From the NCBI RefSeq assembly GCF_009914755.1, contig NC_060926.1: 64,000 nt of DNA; one strand, written 5' to 3'. Shown here one piece after another: positions 56,101-64,000 of the stretch (position 1 is its first letter; every line of letters begins with the position of its first letter). This DNA is from the human T2T-CHM13v2.0 reference genome, Homo sapiens. The notes under the pieces are model-generated. The model was not told the DNA's origin. It searched no databases and saw nothing but the letters and a program-made list of their open reading frames with translations. The position numbers and the translations under genes are program-made.

Positions 56101-56449
56101 TACTGTTTTAGGTGGACACAGTGACTCACTTTTGGTCAGTCTAGGGCTATGAGGTGCAATTTTTATGATTAAAAAAACTCATGCCAATAGAGAATATAAC
56201 CTATTTAGGGCCTTAAAATAAATATAGATAAGATAATGAAAGTTATGAATAACTACAAACAGAGCTGTTCATATTTCCAGGAAAATCTGTAAAATATAAG
56301 CAATTGTTCTCTCAAAATCCAGTAAACAGAACAAAATGAAATAAAATAAAAAGACACTTTCATCTATGCTGGAACCATACATTTTAAAAAATATATTAAA
56401 ATTATAACAAAACAAGAAAGAATGCTGAGAGTCAATATATCCAAACTAG

Positions 56450-56970
56450 AAATTAAATAATCTACAATGCTGTTTGGAATGTCATAACTGAAAGTTTCAC
56501 TTTTGTTTAAGATGTAGAAATTTACAACACACAGCTGTTCCTTTGCTCATAACTGGAGAATAACCAAGAAACTTAAAAACAGCAACAGCAGCAACAAACA
56601 ACAACAAACTACATATGTATTTCATAAACACAAAATCAATCTACAAAAAGATATGTGAAGCAAATAAGTTAAGAATGAGCCCTTCCTAAATGAGTACTGA
56701 TTAAATCACCAGAAGCATTTGTTGGATCATGGAACTGAAGGATTGGATCTGCCATAGAAAAGGAGACTGCTGTGAGTAAGCAAAATCAGTAGAGGTTTTA
56801 AAGCTATGTGGGCTGGCCTGGTGGACTGGTTTCTCGTGTTCGAAGAAGGCTATTTTACCTACCTGCCAAGACTTCTCATGGGACTTTTGCTGAATATAGT
56901 GATGGTAGTAGTATGACAGGCTGGGATCTGTTCTACAAATGGGAGGGAGGGAGGGACAGAGGGGGAGAGG

Positions 56971-57011
<41 letters not shown>

Positions 57012-58255
57012 TCCATGTTATTACAATTCTTATATATAAGAATTATGCTAGAGGAAGACTTCTATAATATACATAGTGCATAACTTGACCCCAAGAATTT
57101 TAAAGCAGAGGTAAACTTAAACTAATTTAATTGCAACATAGTTCAATCTAGCAGAATTCCCAATTAAATTTAAATGATTAGCCTCTTTTACTATCTGATG
57201 AACAGAGAAAGGGACTTTTTCCCTCTGAAGAAAATAATATTTATCTGAATCTCTTTGATTCTTTAATCAAAAATAGTCACCATGAAATATATATCAGATA
57301 TGTGAAGAATAATTAAAATTGGCCATAATCAAGAGAAAAATAGTCATAAGAAGTACATACAGATGTTGGAAATCGCATCTGGCCTTTAAAATAACAGTTA
57401 TAAATATATTTAAAAAATTAGAAGAAAAAATGGACAAAATGATGAAAAGTACAAAGATTTTAGCAAATAAATAGAATTTCTAATAAAGACACAAAATAAC
57501 ATTCTAGAACTGAAAAATATAGTATCAGAAATTGATTTAATAAAATACAGGACAGAGAAAAAAAGAAACAGTGAACATACGACAGGTAATAGAAATTACC
57601 AAAGTAAAATATAGGAGAAACATCAAATAACAGAAAAGACTGGTGAAGAAACTATGGACCATATCAAAATCCTAACAAAAATATAAACTGAAGTTATAAA
57701 AGTTGAGAAAGATTTAATGAGGTAACATAATGAGTTGATAAAGAGAAGAGGGAGAATTTCTTGTAATTTGAGAAATTAAGAAAACTTAAAAATAAAAATA
57801 ATAAAATCAAATAAGAATATATTGTTGACATAATGCTAAAAACTAGAGGGAAAAGAAAAAAATTAGAGAAAAACAAAGACACATTACATTCAGAAGAAAA
57901 ATAACAGTGATTTATGCCAGACATCATAAAATTGGAAAAATATAAAATAATGCCTTAAAAAAACAGACAGAATATAAAAGTTTACCTAGAATTTCATGCA
58001 CAACAAAACTCTTTTAAAAATAAAGAAATCTTTTTTTTTAATTTCTAAAAATGAAAGGCTGACAATTCTTCACCAGTGGGAGCACATTACAAAAAACACT
58101 AAGAAATTTAAAAAAATCTTTCAAAATAAATTAAAAGGATCCCAGATCAAAACATGGATCTACAGGAGAGAATGAAAGGGAAAAGAAATGATGGATATAT
58201 AAGCATATGTAAAAAACTGTATTTTTAAATTTAAGAAACCATTTGAAAAGACTGT
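56450..58255 (+). mobile_element. Ancient L1M 5'/ORF1 remnants
   Basis: A-rich ORF1-like motifs, e.g. 'attctagaactgaaaaatatagtatcagaaatt', 'cctagaatttcatgcacaacaaaact'. Confidence 0.6.
56941..57008. repeat. (GGGA)/(GA)n polypurine repeat
   Basis: Directly visible. Confidence 0.9.
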
Positions 58256-58261
58256 TGATAT

Positions 58262-59330
58262 ACTAAAAGTCCACAAAAGCAGTTGCAAGTAAAACAAGAA
58301 TTAACCTAATTAGGCTAAAGAGCTTCTACAGAGCAAACATAGCTATCAACAGAGTAAAGAGACAACCTACAGAATGGGAAAAAATATTCGCAATCTATGC
58401 ATTCAACAAACGTCTAATATCCAGAATCTGTAAGGCTCTTAAATAATTCAACAAGTGAAAAACAAATAACCCTATTAAAAAGTAGACAGAGGACATGAAC
58501 AGATACTTCTCAAAAGAAAATATACAAGCAATCAACAAACATATGAAAAAAAATGCTCAACATTCCTAATTTGCATTTCCAGAGACATGCAAATCAAAAC
58601 AACAGTAAGAAACCATACCAGGTAATTTAGAGTGGCTATTATTAAAAAGTCAAAAATTAACAGATGCTGGCTAGGTTGTGGAGAAAAGGAAACCCTTATA
58701 CACTATTGTTGTGAATGTAAATTATTTCAGCCAATGTGAAAAGCAGTTTGGAGATTTCTCTAAGAATTTAAAACGGAACTACCATTTGATCCGGCAATCC
58801 AATTACTGGGTAAATATTTAAAGGAAAATAAATTGTTCTATCAAAAGGACATAAGCACTTGTATGTTCACTGCAGCACTATATACCATAGCAGAGATGTA
58901 GGCTCAACCTAGGCTTCCATCGACAGTGGATTGCATAAAGAAAATGTGGTACACATACACCATGGAATATTTTACAACCATAAAAAAGAATGAAATTTCA
59001 TCCTTTGCAGAACATGGATGCAACAGAAGGCCATTATCTAAAGTGAATTAGTGCAGGAATAGAAAACCAAATACTGCATTTTCTTACTTATAAGTGGAAG
59101 CTAAACATTGGGTACACGTGGACAGAAAGATGGAACAATAGACACTGGGAACTACTGTTGGTGAGAGAGAGAAGTGGGCAAGGGCTGAAAAACTACCTAT
59201 TGGGTACTATGCTCACTACCTGGGTGATGGAATTATCTGTACCCTAAACCTCAGCATCATACAGTATATCCAGGTAGCAAACCTGCATATGTACCTCCTA
59301 AACCTAACTAAAAGTTAAAATTTAACAAAA
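58262..59330 (+). mobile_element. L1PA15/16-type 3' ~1 kb
   Basis: ORF2 C-terminal region and 3' UTR 'aaactacctattgggtactatgctcactacctgggtgatgg'. Confidence 0.9.
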
Positions 59331-59388
59331 CATAGTAACATTACTGTATCATGGGGTATATTATATATATATATATATATATATAAAA

Positions 59389-60030
59389 TGTACATGAAGA
59401 GTCTGCCTCCAGGCCAAAACTTCTATATGTGATTTGTTTTTAGCTCAACCCTAGGCAATTACAGTGCTTTGCTCATCAAGCCTCATGTGGGAAGCTGCCT
59501 GCCTGTATAAGATATGGCACATAGTCAGTGCACTGTAACTTTCTGAGGGACATACAGTCAAAGACTTACCCCCTAGCTCACTCCCAAAACCATGTACATA
59601 TGCATATCTGCATTCCTAGCCCTGTGCCTCTGTTTGAAGGCTTCCTGATTAGGGGCCTCAGCTAAGGCAATTTCCAGGCACCTCCTTTGAGATCTCTTTA
59701 CCAGTCAGGCCCTAACTGATAGAGTTTTCCCCACTTTGACTCAGTATTTTTCCACTCCAGGCCCTTCTCCAGCTCTTTCCTTGTGGGAGCCCAGGTCCAT
59801 AAAATGGCAGCAGGTTTTTTTTCTAGGACCTCCTCCACTTTGACGTGATTCCCTCAATCTGTGCTCCTTGTCATCTGACCTTCACCTGGTGCTGTTCCAT
59901 GGCAAAATATGGAACGCCAAAGTGTGGTACTTTCCCCTCTGCTTCTTGCCTGCCCTGTTGTCATAAGAAAATAACAGCCTTTTCAGTTTGGCTTGTCTTA
60001 ATTGATTACCTCAACACCTGCCAGCTTAAC
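59389..60030 (+). mobile_element. Old ERVL LTR (MER54/MER74-like)
   Basis: GC-richer block interrupting L1M sequence; 'ccataaaatggcagcagg', 'gaccttcacctggtgctgttccatgg'. Confidence 0.5.
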
Positions 60031-60032
60031 TA

Positions 60033-60110
60033 TGTGTGTGTGTGTTTGTGCGTGTGTGTGTGTGTGTGTATGTGTGTATGTGCATGTGTATATGCATAGG
60101 TATATGCATG
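60033..60110. repeat. Imperfect (TG)n microsatellite
   Basis: Directly visible. Confidence 0.9.
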
Positions 60111-60149
60111 GTTGTAAGGATTTATTTTCAATAAAGTGGTAAAACTATA

Positions 60150-60630
60150 TCAAAATAAATTACACATGAATAGGAAGAAAATCAATAATAAATGAGAGAA
60201 TTAATCCCAAACAATTCAGCAAGTACATTAAATGTAAATAGACTATTCAGTCTAAGCAATACCAGAGATTGTTATTTGGAGTGAAACAAAACAAAAAAGA
60301 TCCAACTCTAAGATGTCCAGGAGAGTTACACTTTAAATAGACACACATGGATTAAAAGTAAAGGCATTGAAATAGAAAACACAACCACCAAATACTAACC
60401 ACAATTTTATGGTGTGAACATATTTATATCAAACAAATTGTTCTAAATATTGTTATGAGAGATACCAAGCAATATTACATAAAGGTAAATCTTGTTCTCT
60501 AGAGGGACCTGAGTTCTAAAGGTCATGCCCCTAATGATGTAACTTCAAAATGGATGAAGCAAAGTAGACATGACCAAGGAGACAGAGATGAATGTACAAT
60601 TATTATTGAAGATTTTAACTCCCCTACACT
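60150..60630 (+). mobile_element. Ancient L1 ORF2 endonuclease-start remnant
   Basis: 'tacattaaatgtaaatagacta' (TLNVNGL-like) and 'attattgaagattttaactcccc' (GDFNTP-like). Confidence 0.65.
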
Positions 60631-60992
60631 GAAACGATTTTACTGGGTTTTGTGATACAGAAAAAAAGTAAAAATAATAAATGCATTGCCCAAAGAATTT
60701 TCACACTCTAAGTGCATCTGTACCCAACTCAAGAATGTCACTTAAACTTTAGAAAGTATCTTTATACACTTCTCAGTCATCTCACCAAAAGGCGAACAGT
60801 ATTTTGACTTCTATTAACATGTATTTATTTACTTTACTTATTTTTCCTGTATTTTAACTTTACTTAAATGATTTATTTAGCTCAGAACTAGGTCAGATTC
60901 ACTTATATTGGCTCATGTAGCAGAAAATTCTTTATTGTTTAGCATTCAACTGTATGAATATACCATAATTTATTTATTCATTCTACTCTTGA

Positions 60993-61319
<327 letters not shown>

Positions 61320-61524
61320 TGGAGTTCTAATTAATAAAGCTACTATGAACATTCTTATGCATTTATCTTATAAATATAAGTACATATATCTGTTGAATGT
61401 ATACATAGGAATAAAATTGCTGGACAAAATGGTATGTGTATTTTGAATGTTAGTAGGTATTATAAAACAAGTTTCCAAAGTGTTTATATACATTTTTATT
61501 TCCACCAGTAGAGAATGGGATTCT

Positions 61525-61826
<302 letters not shown>

Positions 61827-62894
61827 GAGAATGGGGTTCTATTTTATTAGTATCTGTTTCATTTTTCTTATTGATGTTGTAATTCTTATTTTTTTATGTA
61901 TTTTCTCTCTAAAGCTATATTTTTATATATCATTGTAGCTTATATTTGCATTTATTTGATGAGTAATGCCAATGAGAAGCATTGTAAATATAAGCTACCA
62001 TGTGCACACTTTACATGTATAATTTGCAGTTTACATGTGTACACAATTTACATGTGCATACAATATGTGCACTTTACATGTGTTTATAGGCATTTCTGTA
62101 TCTCCCTATAAGATTCCTTTTAAAATCATTTCCATATTTTCTTTTACTGAATTGTATATATTCTAGACACAAACCCGTGTTCAATGTTTGTATTAAAAGT
62201 AACTTCACCTATTATGCAGATTACACTTAAAATTTTAGTAGTGTTTTGATGAATAAGAATTCTTAATTTTAAGTCAGTTCACTTCATTAACTGTGTCCTT
62301 CATTGTGAGCATTTTTGAGTTATATTAAAATAATATATAGACTTTTAAATGTAATGCTTTTATTATAAAAAAAAGATTAGTAGTGCTTCTGGGTGATAAG
62401 ACTCCAGATTTTAAAAACTTATTTCCTTTTTTGTATTTTAAAATTTTGTTATAATGTTGTTTATATTCCTACCATTGATGATAGAATTAATCATACTGCT
62501 TGGCTCATTTTAGTTTATGAGGACTGGTCTGAAAAGGACTGTATTCTGTTAAGTTAATTGAATAATTCATTCTCTTTTTCCTCCTATCCCACTTTCGTCC
62601 TTCTCCCCATGGACCACCATGGACCATCCTTCTATTTTATGTGTTTTTATGAAAAGTCTATTATATCAAACATATCTATTTAATTGCTTAAGATATGACT
62701 TTGCTTTCACAATTTTTTATTAAGCATTAAGTTTTTAAGAACATTTTATGTTGATATGTGTACCTCAAACCTGTTGGATCTATTTGATATATAATATCCT
62801 ATAGTTTGAATTTACCACATTTTACCTACCTATCTAAGTGACAGATACACATTGCCTCTGTTGTACCAGATTGCTCTTCAGAAGTGTCTGTGCC

Positions 62895-63278
62895 TGTATT
62901 AGTCCATTCTCACACTGCTACAAAGAACTACCTGAGATTGGGTAATTAATGAAGAAAAGAGATTTAATTGACTCAAGTTGACTCACAGTTCTGTTCCTCA
63001 GCCTCTATAGCAAGTATGGCTGGGAGACCTCAGGAAACTTCCAATCATGGCAGAAAGCAAAGGGGAAGCAAATATGTCCTACCAAGGCGGGGCAGGACAG
63101 AGAGCCAAAGGGGAAGTGTGACACACTTCCAGATTTCATGAGAAATCACTCATTCTCCAGAGAACAGTAAGGGGGAAATCAGCCTCTGAGATCTAATCAC
63201 CACCCACCAGGTCCCACCCAACATTGGGAATTACAATTCAACATGAGATTTGAGCAGGGGCATAGAGCCAAACCATTT
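62895..63278 (-). mobile_element. MSTA-type MaLR LTR
   Basis: 'tgtattagtccattctcacactgctacaaagaactacctgag'. Confidence 0.9.
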
Positions 63279-64000
63279 TGCCCCTGACCACTCCCAAATC
63301 TCATGTTCTTCTCACATTTCAAAACCAATCATGTCTTCCCAACAGTCCCCCAAAGTCTTAACATTTCTAGGATTAACTCAAAAAGTCCAGCTCCAAATCC
63401 TCATCTAAAACAAGGCAAGTTCCTTCTACCAATCAACCTGTAAAATCATAAACAATTAGTCAATTCCAAGATACAGTGAGAGTACAAGCATTGGGTAAAT
63501 ATTCCCATTTCAAAAGGGAGAAATTGGCCAAAACCAAGAGGCTTCAGGCCCCATGAAAATCCAAAACACAGCAAAGTAGATGTTATTCCTAAAGCTCCAA
63601 TATAAACTTTGACTCCATGTCTCACATTCAGACCACACTGAAGGGGTGGGTTCCCAAGGCCTTGTGCAGCCCTGCCCCTGTTGCTTGGCAGATTACAGCC
63701 CCGCCCCTGTTGCTTGGCAGATTACAGCCCCATGGCTGCTTTCACAGGCTGACATTGAGTTTCTGTGGCTTTTCAATGCACAGGGTGCAAGCCATCAATG
63801 GATCTACCACTCTGGGATCTGGGGATGGTGGCCCTTTCTCACAGCTCCACTAGGCAGTGCCCCAATGGGGACTCTGTGTCAGGGTTCCAACCCCACATTT
63901 CCCTTCTGCACTGCTCTAGCAGAGGTTCCCCAGAAGGGCTCCACTCCTGCAGCAGACTTCTCTCTGGACATCCAGGCATTTCCATACATCGTGTGAAATC
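63279..64000 (-). mobile_element. MSTA/THE1 internal region, running off the window end
   Basis: 'cccaaatctcatgttcttctcacatttcaaaaccaatcatg', 'cagctccactaggcagtgccccaatggggactctgtg'. Confidence 0.9.

Overview
AT-rich primate (most likely human) non-coding DNA from an intergenic region or a large intron, made up mainly of transposable-element relics. It holds two near-full-length dead LINE-1s on the minus strand (L1PB-type at ~7.2-14.1 kb; L1PA13-15-type at ~46.2-53.7 kb), each with nested Alu and LTR insertions. It also has nine Alus plus a FLAM monomer, MaLR/ERVL/ERV1 LTRs, Tigger/hAT DNA transposons, L2/MIR remnants and microsatellites. I found no supportable protein-coding gene, RNA gene or new multi-gene system; the listed ORFs are TE fragments, microsatellite read-throughs or chance. 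The main structure not explained by repeats is a 469-bp, ~98.7% identical inverted duplication (16241-16709 / 17895-18363) around a 1185-bp spacer, with a perfect hairpin at its outer junction. It is a candidate inversion or long-dsRNA locus. Several smaller templated or fold-back insertion scars also occur (7.8-8.3 kb, 47.4 kb, 49.8 kb). Repeat subfamily names come from recalled consensus sequences, not a database search, and the boundaries of old repeats are approximate.
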